From Nitrospirales bacterium (lineage in GTDB: Bacteria; Nitrospirota; Nitrospiria; Nitrospirales; UBA8639), in assembly GCA_965203295.1 (NCBI GenBank), contig CBDBCZ010000010.1:64001-128000 (forward strand): a stretch of DNA of 64,000 bases, read 5' to 3'. The position numbers and the translations under genes were made by a program. Shown in pieces: positions 25,101 to 35,001 of this stretch. Every line of letters starts with the position of its first letter. The first letter of the stretch is position 1. Below the pieces are notes generated by a model. That model made no database searches. It was not told where the DNA came from and saw only the letters and a program-made list of their open reading frames with translations.

Positions 25101-25565
25101 TCAATGTTGATAGTGTAGAGGGGCTCATTGTGGCCGGGGAAGGTAGATTAGAGGGAGGTAGCTGAGGAGGTTGACTCACATGTTGGTTGAGGCATTTACC
25201 AAGGTTCCCCGGCAAACACTTCACACAGGGCCGGCCTGCCTTAGCACAGGAGCACTTCTGGCATGTACCCGTACGGTTGCACCGACAACAGCTTCCTCTT
25301 TTCCTCTGTCCTGATGACGCCATCCACCAGCTGACTAGCTAGTAGTAGCTAGGCTCCCGAGGAGCACAGTGAGGCCAGCGACAGGGCAGCCCTCTCGACT
25401 ATATCCCTTCGCCAACCGAGGGCTTACGGGCTCCTGGCCTGACTACCCTGCCGCTGAAAACCCCAACCAAACTGGCGGGCTAGCTAACTAGATAGCTAGT
25501 TAGCGACACGAACTTGAGACACAACTTGGTTTGAATTTCGCGGCCCTCCAGAATGGTGTGGAACG
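22130..25565 (-). mobile_element. Full-length CRE-type element with about 240-nt 5' UTR and (TATTG)n 3' tail
   Basis: (CAATA)n on the + strand at 22151-22182 just after the stop codon. The GC-rich body ends near 25562, where similarity to the repeat at 21257-21312 resumes. Confidence 0.8.
22213..25323 (-). CDS. Intact non-LTR retrotransposon ORF (CRE-like clade): Cys-rich N-terminus, reverse transcriptase, CCHC knuckle, restriction-like endonuclease
   Basis: 1036 aa uninterrupted. RT motifs RPIAVGE, LDFSNAFN, GVQQGDPLGP, YLDD. C-terminus CPLC...DHQVGC, RHD, RPAD..LDVT..E.RK (PD-D/ExK). Confidence 0.95.
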   Translation of the reverse strand: MASSGQRKRGSCCRCNRTGTCQKCSCAKAGRPCVKCLPGNLGKCLNQHVSQPPQLPPSNLPSPATMSPSTLSTLSSSAPPTTCTSAANNSPASTLCLPRPPPLPSASPPIPSLPSWSSIFSSRSSTLHHVPKGARDAWAGLIYDTFSNINRDPSITENWRKLFMLPRCILANPPNGGRQPWRETLKTVRARIGKWQSGDILGLWSDFVAAEKISQLRRKPKKHLHPDPNVLRASNIRRAKRAVEAGQYRKGLQALSSDGLAPASSEVLDEMLTKHPQSPLPPTPSSLPPPPITINEAAVTSALRSFPGDSAPGPSLFRANHFKEAVFCPCPDRGNKALLAVTATVNHLCSGRAPPEVILHLCGATLLACLKKGGGHRPIAVGEVLRRLTSKCLSRSVQEDALRVLTPLQLGVGVKVGCEAIVHSVSRTLDDHSLSPDSCWTLLLDFSNAFNSISRARMFEEVRARIPGLAAWVESCYGAEPLLHFGDHTILSRCGVQQGDPLGPLCFALTLHPVVERIKREVPHLLINAWYLDDGTLCGTPDDLLRALKIVEEDGPARGLNLNRLKSLLHIPEDADFSHNPLPAEIPISRSGFRLLGSPVGPVPFCESTVMMRVEKIRSLIDRLHDLEDSQMETTLLRSCLAMPKINFALRSCPPSYIRPATSAFDALMRECLSDLAGGPLSDWAWLKASLPSSLGGLNIRSANRHAPAAYISSLAQSGHLIAEIMGRPPTPSTHLADAVSELASAAEMPAWVSVDDFDVPLHQRSLSRSIDEASYNSLLVSAPDTRSRALALSTALPHAGDWLNVVPSSSLGLHLHDREFRLCMDYWLGLRMSSGASRCPLCVGERAADPLGDHQVGCGGNGDRIHRHDSLRDTLFTAAQSAALAPRKEVPSLIPGSSSRPADIFLPNWCGGRPAALDVTVISTLQSLTLAGAAASQGHALRVAEERKMTAHSAACQSVGVVFIPLVIESLGGWSDEAAHNISRIGRLLGQRSGAPPATTTRHLFQRLSIALWKGNASMWVQRTPTQSAWVDGVI

Positions 25566-25878
25566 GTGAGCCTCCACTCGAGACTACTCGTAAATCACTG
25601 CTAAACCTATTCGATTTCTTTGATAAAGTTATGCGACGGGTGCAATACCCCAGAGAATATCCAGTTTGTTCGCGCTTGAATTATTGTGATCGCTTAACCG
25701 ATTATACGCGATAGACACATATATGCGTCACGCGTAAAATTGCGTTACAGTCGATTTCAGTCGCGTTTGAACATGCGTAGATTCCGTTCCGTTTCCGTTT
25801 CCGTAAAACGCGTGCGTGCGTACGTATGTTCGAGGATAAAGCGCGGGAAATACGAATGCTACGAAAGCTGTTGGAGTG

Positions 25879-26862
25879 ATGTCTGCAGAGCCAGGAAGAA
25901 AGGCCCCTTACTCTCACGATATCCGCTGGCGGATAGTATGGCAAAGAGTTGGCATGCAGCTGTCGTTCCGTGCTATTGCTACCAATTTAAGCATTTCTGT
26001 CGGTACAGTGTACAACACCTACAAGCTCTTTGAGGCTACAGGAGAAGTGAATCCTACCAAGCCATCTAGGGAAGAAACGAGATCTCTTAATGGTCGCGAA
26101 GAGCTACTCATTGTTGGACTTCTGTTTGACAACCCAAGCCTGTACCTCAGTGAGATCTGTCAAAGAGTCACTGAGGTCATTGGTGTTGAAGTTTCGCTAT
26201 CCACTGTCTGTCGGATTATTCACAGGCATGGGTTGACAAGAAAGAAAGTGCAGCAGGTTGCTCTGTAAAGATCAGTGGAGTTTCGTGCAAAATTTTTGGC
26301 AGAAGTGCAGTTATACAGCAAAGAACAGCTGGTGTGGATAGATGAAACAGGCTGTGACAGAAGGGACCAAGTACGCAAGTTTGGCTATGCATTAAGAGGA
26401 GAACGACCTGTATATCATCGCCTACTTCACAGGGGGCAGCGTATCTCTGCAATTGCCGCACTGGCATCGAGTGGCTTGGTAGCTGTAGATCTTACTAAGG
26501 GAACAGTTGACGGTGAAAAATTTATGGACTTTGTGCGGGGATCATTGATACCTGAAATGCTACCATTTGATGGGCAGAATCCCAGGTCAATTGCAATTCT
26601 AGACAACTGTTCCATACATCATGTCGAACTTGCACTAGATTTGTTCAGAGAAGCTGGGGTTTTAGTTCTTTTTTTACCGCCCTACAGCCCAGATCTGAAT
26701 CCAGCAGAAGAGATGTTTAGCTTCATTAAATACTACCTTAAAGATCATGATGAGATTCTTCAAATAATGGATGACCCTATACCCCTCCTAAAAACCGCAT
26801 TTGAAAGTGTCACTCCTGAAAATTGCTTAGGATGGATAATGCACAGTGGGTACAGTAACTGA
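25879..26862 (+). pseudogene. IS630/Tc1 DD34E transposase with one nonsense codon (TAA 26266-26268)
   Basis: HTH N-terminus (YSHDIRWRIV, VSLSTVCR), then WIDETG, ILDNCSIHH and LPPYSPDLNPAEE, with 34 residues between the second D and E. Both ORFs are in one frame. Confidence 0.92.
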
Positions 26863-27071
26863 CATCATTTGAAATCAAATGAACACATGTATACATCATT
26901 ATTGTCTTATGACTGGCACTGTATATAATGGTACAAAAACTGACACAAATGCTTATCATGTGACCCCATGGATATAATTACCAGGATAACCATATAAAAG
27001 CTTGAGAAACTTGATCAGATGAGACTTGGATAAATAGGCAAGTCAACCGTTTTAAACTTTGGCTAGTATCA

Positions 27072-28849
27072 CTACTTTGTACTTGAGAGCTGTTTAATAT
27101 CACATAAAATAGTTTGCTGTAGTTCATCGTACTGTTGTTGGTTAATAGCACCACTGTCCAATAGTTTATGCCACTTGTCGAGTTGCTCAATCAGCTCACT
27201 TCGCAAATTCACTTTCCGGCAGGGAGATATGGCTGTTGGTGCATGCTTCTTGCTCTCTGGTGTACCTCCAGCAGTTTTCGGACGGCTGTCTGCTGAACGT
27301 TTTTGCCCACGAAAGAAGGGTTTATCAGGTGGCTCTTCCGTAGAACCATGTTTCCCCATTTGGACTAGATGGGCCCACGTTCGCAGCTGCTCAGGACTAA
27401 ACTTTCCCTTGTGTTTCTCTTGCAGTTGGTCATAGACTTCATCCACCTTCTCTATGTTCTGCAAATGTGAGTTATATTTTGAGCTACATCCACTGCCTGA
27501 TGCAACAGGTGAGTTTGATCTTTTCCCCTTCTTTGGAGCAGCTGCTTTTTTGGATTGGGAATAGCACCACAAATTAATTTTCTTTTTTCCTTGATGCTTT
27601 GCATACATTTCTTTAACATCTGCATCGGTGCGGAGCCAAATTTTTCTTCCCTTTACACCATGTCCGGGTTTGATGTACCCAATTTCCACATCATGCAAGT
27701 TGGGCATCCCAACGGCATCAGATGGTATGCTTTTTTCCATCAAATCTTTCAGGTCACTAAAGGATTTACATTGTCGCCTACCATGAATACTAAAGGTTTT
27801 GAAATCACTCATTTTTGTAGGATTAATCACCTTCAAAGAGTACTCGAAAGGTGCATGCCCTGACGAAACAGTGGAACCTGGGTCTTCCACAACTGTGGCA
27901 GCATTTGGCACTGGATCTTGTAGACTGCATGTTGCTGAGTCTTCAACGATTGTGACAGTATCACCATCTTCCAGAGAACAGCCCTGAGATGGCCCCTGGC
28001 CCTATTGTACAAAAGTATCGCATAATTATTAGTAATGCTATTTATTATTTTCGCGAGAGTAAGATCAAGACCATAATTATATAGACTAGCATGCAGTCTT
28101 GTTTCCAGAACCTCCACGCATCGGGGCATGCGTGGAAGGTCTAGTCTGGGAACGAGACCAATAGACTAGTCTGTCTATATCAATCAATCAATCAAATTTT
28201 TATTTGAGTGACATGCCCATTATAATACAAAAAAGATGTACATATAATGGTGCCCAGCCATGATATGGCTTATAAGTCACTATCAGTAGCTACATGTATG
28301 TGAGAGAGTGAATACTTCAGGAATGGTACAAAAAGGAAGAACGTAGTTTGAACATTTTATACAAACATTTAGCAATTAAATTCTGACAACATGATTCATT
28401 ATTTAATATATACAGGAACTTATTAAAAGGGTGTAGGTGCATGAATGACGGATCTGTTTGAGTAATATGATATAGTAACTTATTCCTTTCATGCTCGAGT
28501 TTATTACAAACCATAACAAAGTGGAATTCATCCTCAATGGAATTTGAATTGCAAGCCAGACAGACCCGCCGCCTACTATGGTCTGACCTTGGTATAGACT
28601 TTCCTTCTATCTATATGGTCTGACCAGCTAGACTATACTGCTAGGTTAAACAGTTTAACAACAGCGAGCTACGATTACCTCTTCAAAGCTCCACATTTTG
28701 TCTGAATAGTCGGTGGTGTGGTACGGCTCTGGGGTATGGTTGGTGGGATTAGACCCCTCAGAAATTTCTCCCGGGCCACACCCGAGACTACCCTCAGAAG
28801 GGGTACCACAGGCATAGTAATTGTATCTGTAGACATTCCAGTTTTCCAT
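27072..28849 (-). CDS. Two-exon cargo gene, about 366 aa (exon 1 28849-28679, exon 2 28001-27072); PB1-like region and SHOCT-like C-terminus
   Basis: Phase-0 intron GAAGAG|GTAATC ... TACAATAG|GGCCAG joins MENWNVY..SFEE to GQGPSQG..; the frame is open to the stop. C-terminus LIEQLDKWHKLLDSGAINQQQYDELQQTIL. The splice model is inferred. Confidence 0.7.
28179..28572 (-). mobile_element. 5'-truncated non-LTR retrotransposon 3' end (RTEX/L2-like) in the cargo-gene intron
   Basis: CLACNSNSIEDEFHFVMVC zinc knuckle, stop at 28317, AATAAA and a (TTGA)n tail. Confidence 0.8.
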
Positions 28850-30929
28850 AGCAGCCCAAACAGAACAAATCTTTGCCAAACTAGCGACGTTACACACTTC
28901 ACAACAGATAGCTAGCTATCTACTCCACTTTGCAGTTTTAGGCGCGACGAGGCAAAGGCACGGAAACGGAACGGAACCTACGGAACGGAACCTACGGAAC
29001 GGAACGACTGTTCAGACGCGCATGAAATCGACTGTAACCGCGATAGACACATATATGCGTCATTGTCAACGGTATTACCTTTACTGTGCTGTACTGGAAG
29101 CGGGAGGAGCTAAGAGCGAGCGGACACTTGTAGGTCTTTACTACACTTCCTGAGGTACGTAATACTATGAATAGAATTATGGTAAGCATTGTTATGGATT
29201 CAGGATAGTAACTATAAAATTTTTGATAACAGCAACACTCCTATACTGCACAACAGCTAAAAATGAAAGCTAAAAGAGCCCCTGCACATCTGTATCTTCA
29301 GTTCTGGATGCTGTTATGATGGAAGAGAATGAGGATGACTTGCAGGAAACCATGTTGGAGGGGTGGGGAGGGCAGTGGTGAACTGCTGTGAGCCTACAAC
29401 AAGAGGAGAGATATAATGAAACTCTTGCCCCAACACAGCTGGACTCTCCAACATTCACTCAGAGCATCTCTGCACATACCAGGCTCTCTATCCCCTTATA
29501 AACAATCTATGGGAAACCCTTTCCCCTCCGCAGCACCCCCACTATGCCCACCTGGTGGTCATCCTTGCTTCCATATAAGCGTATTCATTCCCTCCCGTCA
29601 GCCCGACCATTTCCGTCCCACCACCACAGACACCATAACGTCACGGATTTGTCAAAAACTGTGACATCTGGTTGTTTATAGTGGAGACTTTGTCAGTGAC
29701 TGCTCTCAGATGAGGCACAAACACCTGGCGGGAGCAGAGCAGTGAATCACTTCCCTCTACCTAGCGTCTGCTTCCGACATTTTTCCCCCCTCCCGACACA
29801 CACACCCATCTCGACTCTCCTCACTTTATCCATCTCTATAGCTTCTGTCTAGTTAGTAATGAAGTATTTATTACTTTAGAATGCTATCTGCTGTATCCAC
29901 AGACCTACAAAAGCCTAAAAGCTTACTGAGCTCGTATACTTAGTCTCGGGTTCCAGGCGTTAAAAATTCGGTCTCACTACCCAGGAAAAACTAAGCTTTT
30001 TTAGCGCTGCTACCATTATATATAGTAGCAAGCCGCTTACACACACATGCCTACACCTAGGCCTAGCCATTACTTGTCCCTTCTATCACAAAGTGACAGA
30101 AAAATCCGATAATGGCCAAGCGTCGGTAGCTACCGCTAACAAAAATAACTTACCGCGCGAGATGTAGCATGCTATCTTCGTTCAGAGTGGTGACAGCCAG
30201 GCGATCTTGGCGCCGTTGGAAAGCCCTGCCATCGCGCTTCACCATGGTACCTGGTTGCCTGTAGCGATCTCCCAGTGTTTAGCAGCTACAAACAGTTTTT
30301 GCCAACGAGGCAAAAAAACTATTTCCGCCATACGATTAATTTCGCTATACGGTATAGCCTCGCGAAATAATTCTCGCGTATAATCGGTTAAGCCATCATT
30401 GCGCTAGCCTGGCTGAAGAAGAAAGAAAGAAGTTGACTAATACGCCCCTCCCACCCAGTGTGTCGACTTGCCGGTTTGGTACTCCAGCGAAGCTTTCTAG
30501 CAACGCTAACAGTTTTGTTGCTGTTGAAAACACTCGAGATGTCATGGTATGGCTCATAAAAGCCTATGACTATAATCAGAGCCGAGTTCTGAACGTATGA
30601 TTTTGTACGCGTGATATGGGGCCGCCATTTTTTTCCCGTGCCATCCCTACATATGGAGTACTACCGTACTCCATGATAAGTTTACAGCATGTTAGCAGTG
30701 GGTGGGTGAATAAACAGTAAGTTTACAGCATGTTAGGAGTGGGTGGATGCATAAACAAAGCAAATTAAAACATGCTTACAAGGGTACTGTTACAAGAATA
30801 AATGTGAATTGGGGGGATGAACATACAGCACCAACCACAATGCCTAAATTAAGGCATTAGTTCTCTTTTTGACAGCTAGGGACTTTCTTCTGGTCTGGCA
30901 TTGCAACTAGATGTTCACGATAGGATTCA

Positions 30930-32480
30930 TACCCACACAATGAACATCAGGTTAGTCTATTGTGGCCATGCTACTCACAGTTTGAACATGTCATTTCAAA
31001 TGATTTCTTTCTTTTGGCTCCTAAATTGGAAAGATGCTCCAATCGGTTCTGCTTTTCAATTAACTGCTGGAGAGCAGCTTCCCCATGATGGCAGGATGAA
31101 CGAAAGTAAGTTTTTGTGACATTATGATTTAACTTTTCCAAACCTTGTTGGGTGAACGGTAGGATACTTCCATAAACTCGCATAAATTCATGCACATGAT
31201 TCATCATGGCATGTATATATGGGGTAACCCTATCGGACTGGTATACGGCTACAAAGTCTCTCCCCCACTGCCTTGCTCTTTCTTCATATTCATTAATAGC
31301 AGTTTCTGGCAACTCATTTTTTTGCTTTGAAAGAATCTTGTTTAACGAATACAATTCTGACCATAGATGTTGAATTCTGCCACACTGGTCGGAGTTCGCA
31401 AGTGGTAGCAACTTCTGTATGTCAATACTTTGAAAAACTCTAAGCTTTTCTGGCCCAGTAAGTGAACGGCACTTGAGAGCCTTCGACGACTGACCAATGT
31501 AAAATTGAGAACCAGGAATGGCAAGTCCACAAATAAACTGTTCATACCCGTGTATGTGTTTGTACTTTGTGCAGTCAAAATTAGTACATTTTTTCACTTT
31601 GTCGACGCAGTCATGGAAACGGAGTTCAATTATCAGGAGATCAATGAGTACATCTGATACTCTAAGGAAAAGATGCCAATTATCAATAACGACATTGGTA
31701 AGGGGTATAGTTGGAAATAGAGGAGCGTTTGAAACATTGTATTCCTTACGCGATTTCGGAAGCTGTGACTGTCGGATGTTTTCTTCGATGGTTCTTGCAC
31801 CTAATGAAGTTTCTGACATTGACCACTGCCTATCTGCATCGTACCGTTCATCGTTTTTTACTTTGCACCATATATAGGCATACTTGCAACTGGCACAATC
31901 AACACCAGTAATTATGGCCAAGAATTTCAAGTCACCGCCAATATAGTACACTATCTTAAAACACATACCATTGTGCTCAGTTTCTGTTAAATGCTCAACT
32001 TCTGAACGAATATCTGCCAGTCCATTCTTTAAAGTAACGTACTTTTCGGGTTCTTTCAGTACGGCAAGAATGTGATTTCCTTGGCATGAATGAGCCAGTG
32101 AACCTTCTTCTAACAAGGTAAATGTAAAGTTAACAACATGCAATCGTTTTCCGATGTTCGTTCCATCCCCTGAAAGTTTTACATGGAGGACTTTGTCTCA
32201 CACTAACTCATTACGTGATGTACCACCTTCGAGTAAATGAGCTAAACGTATGCGAAGCCTTTCCTTTAAAGACTGCTGAAGGCCAACTGTTCCAAATGGC
32301 GTAGGCTTGATATTCCACCGTCTGTTTAACTCAGCTATTCTTTGTTTAATCTTATAATGCCAAGGAAGCTCTTTGCAAATGCTCGCTAGTTCATGGTATG
32401 CATCACCAGAAACGTTATACCAGTCCTTAACGAAGAGTATCATATTTATCGTATCCGCGCTGTCTTCACAAATTCCATCA
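30930..32480 (-). pseudogene. Transib/RAG1-core-like DDE transposase, in-frame stops at 32198-32200 and 30971-30973
   Basis: KLSGDGT, GGDLKFL...IWC, IDNWHLFLR, TPYIHAMMNHV and QQGLEKLN follow the motif order of the RAG1 core. C-terminal CSNCE*HGHNRLT knuckle. Confidence 0.75.
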
Positions 32481-32549
32481 CTAGGGCCGAAGAGAGAAAT
32501 GGAGTCCGCTCGTTGAAGTGGTACGGTTTCTACTTTTCATGTTTCAAGG

Positions 32550-33820
32550 CGCGTGTTCGTCTATTTAACGCCTACCTTTGATCGTGCCAGCTGTCTGGGG
32601 CCTGTGCTGCATCTCCAGGTTCATCACTGCGTAAGTCATAAGAACTTTTAGCTAGAATACACTTACTCGCATGGCTGATTATAAAGTTATGTTGGTTGAC
32701 CTAAGTCCAAACGGCTTCTGGCATTAGGTACTGTTTAAGAATGGGATGATGATTAGTAGTGAGGGGGTGTCTGAGCTGTGGTTCTGTCTGTATCATGAGC
32801 TACTGTTGTTCACTTGCTATGAAGAATACGATCACGGGCAGGAAAGCCTTGGAAATAATGTATACCACGTCCAGACTCGAGTGGAAGTGTGAAAGTGCAT
32901 GAAAGCAAGGTTCTCGCGTTCATGTGATTGCTTGTCTTTAAAATTCAAGGTTTCTTGTCATGGTCAGCTATGTAACTGGCACGTGTGGCTGCCCTTTTCT
33001 TTCCGCTCTAGCTAGTACGAAAAGCTGCCCTGGTAACTGCCTTTATACTTTGTCGGTTTTGAGTGTACCATCTGGGCCCTTAAGTAATTAGGCATTCTGC
33101 ATACAAAGTACCATCCCCCCACATGCAGGCAAAGACCTTCCTGATGCCGACTGGAGTACAAATTGAAATCCTTACTACACACAACATCCTCAAACACGTT
33201 CCATTCCAACACCATCCACCACACACATTTTCACCTACACATTTGTTACCACCTCCAAAAAACACCCCAAAACAAGTTGCAGAAAAAGCACTTTGCCAAA
33301 AAGTGCAAAAACAAGCCATGTAGGGATGCACTTCCAACAAAAAACACTTCCCCAAAAACCAATGAAACAAGCGACAATGCACACCACAATGCATGTGCAG
33401 ACTACCCACACATCACATCGCAATGCATTTACCGCGTAGCTACCATCCCTACATGCACTTCGCTCCACAAATCCCACATTCACAGGCACAAACAAGCAGA
33501 GCAATTATTCCTCACAACACCACACTGCCACCAACACGCACAACAAACGTCACACCCCACATCAACCACCATGCAGTGTACTCAACAAAGTTGACAACAC
33601 AAGACTACACTTTACCAAACACATCCACATAGACCTCCCTACAAATTACACTACCACTATTCACATCTCACATATACACGATTGTGGTGGGTGTGGTTGG
33701 AAAGATGGAGGGATGGTAGCTACGCGGTAAATGCATTGCGATGTGATGTGTGGGTAGTCTGCACATGCATTGTGGTGTGCATTGTCGCTTGTTTCATTGG
33801 TTTTTGGGGAAGTGTTTCCG
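32550..33820 (+). mobile_element. Second copy of the composite CA-rich element
   Basis: 32550-32822 is inverted relative to 21730-22050, and 33120-33660 is inverted relative to about 19970-20930. It has the same internal inversion junction at about 33680. Confidence 0.75.
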
Positions 33821-34379
33821 AATTACAACTGCTGTTCAATAGCTGGATTCGTAGTCAGCGTTTCCTCTGTTCTCTTGGCAGCCGCTATTCATTGTGCGTT
33901 ATCTCGAGAACTGCAAGGGGACGGGGCTTGAGTCAACCACAAATGCTATATCTAGAAAAGCATATACTTGCCATGGGAGCTTACCTATCTACCCTAAATT
34001 GAAGTTTAAGCCACCTCCCATTATTATGCAATGATGACATCATAATCTAGATGTCTGCTGTTTTTTTCTAAAGTGCCATAATATTGTGGCACATACTAAA
34101 GATTTATGTAATTGGACCAATCAGGTTACAGGTGTGGTCATTTGATGGATGGTCATTTGATGGATGGTTTCCTGTTGGCATGGTTGAGTGGGCCGTGATA
34201 CCACGGGATGTGGTAGGAGGGACTATTAGTGCAAAGGCTTTAGTGTATTGTAGGAGTGTGAAACATGTGCCTACTAAGTTAGTAGTCTATTCTAGATTTA
34301 GGTGCAGTGATTAGCCTGGAGAAGCATTGTATATTTAACCGATTATACACACTAATTATTGCGTGCAAATGTATTACGG

Positions 34380-35001
34380 TAGCGGAATTAATGAGTGTCA
34401 ATATGCGCAGATATCCAGTTGAACCTTGACCTCTCAAAGCATACTGCGGAGCGGAGAGTCGGTGCGGAGACGTCACGTTCTCCAGGTTCTATTTCGTGTT
34501 CTCTCTTTTCTCCATGTTGTCTATATTCTCTCCTGTTCTCTGCTCTCTCTGAACTCCCAGTGCTCCCTGAACTTCCTGTGCTCTCAGTTCTCCATGTTCT
34601 TTACATTCTCTCCTGTTCTCTGCTCTCTAATTCACTGGTCCATCTCGACTCCCTGTGCTCTCTGTTCTCCATGTTCTCTACATTCTCTTCTGTTCTCAGC
34701 TCTCTCTCTGAACTCCCTGTTCTCTCTGTCTCTTTTTTCTCCATGTTCTGTACATTCTCTCCTGTTCTCTGCTCTCTCTGAACTCCCTGGTCCCTCTCGA
34801 CACCCTGTACTCTCTGTTTTCCATGCTGTCCATGCTCTACATTCTCTCCAGTTTTCTGCTCTCTCTGAACTCCCTGGTCCTTCTCGACTCCCTGTGCTCT
34901 CTGTTCTCCATGTTCTCTACATTCTCTCCTGTTCTCTGATCTCTCTGAACTCCCAGTGCTCCCTGACCTCCCTGTGCTCTCAGTTCTCCATGTTCTCTAC
35001 A
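34380..35001 (+). repeat. CT-rich complex tandem repeat element; inverted copy at 41680-42420
   Basis: Shared head CAAAGCATACTGC.GAGCGGAGAGTC.GTGCGGAGACGTC, followed by TCTCTGAACTCCC/GTTCTCCATGTTCTCTACATTCTC units. Confidence 0.9.

Larger units (their letters stand above)
25748..29034 (+). mobile_element. Complete Tc1/IS630-type DNA transposon with cargo gene
   Basis: TA TSD at 25746-47 and 29035-36. About 26-bp imperfect TIR CAGTCGATTTCA..CGCGT.TGAACA. Subterminal TTCCG/CGGAA repeats at both ends. Confidence 0.9.
25698..30387 (+). mobile_element. Internally deleted piggyBac element hosting the Tc1 insertion
   Basis: TTAA 25694-97 and 30388-91. Perfect 14-bp TIR CCGATTATACGCGA. Cys-rich-domain remnant (NCDIWL..SGDFVSDC..RH) near 29650-29720. 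Confidence 0.85.

Noticed and set aside
27072..27911. Possibility that the Tc1 cargo is a Fanzor/TnpB nuclease
   Set aside because: No RuvC motifs or CxxC zinc ribbon are visible.
25706..29062. 24-bp direct repeat CGCGATAGACACATATATGCGTCA flanking the Tc1 element, resembling a long TSD or recombinase site
   Set aside because: Removing the TA-flanked Tc1 restores the tandem subterminal repeat of the host piggyBac element.
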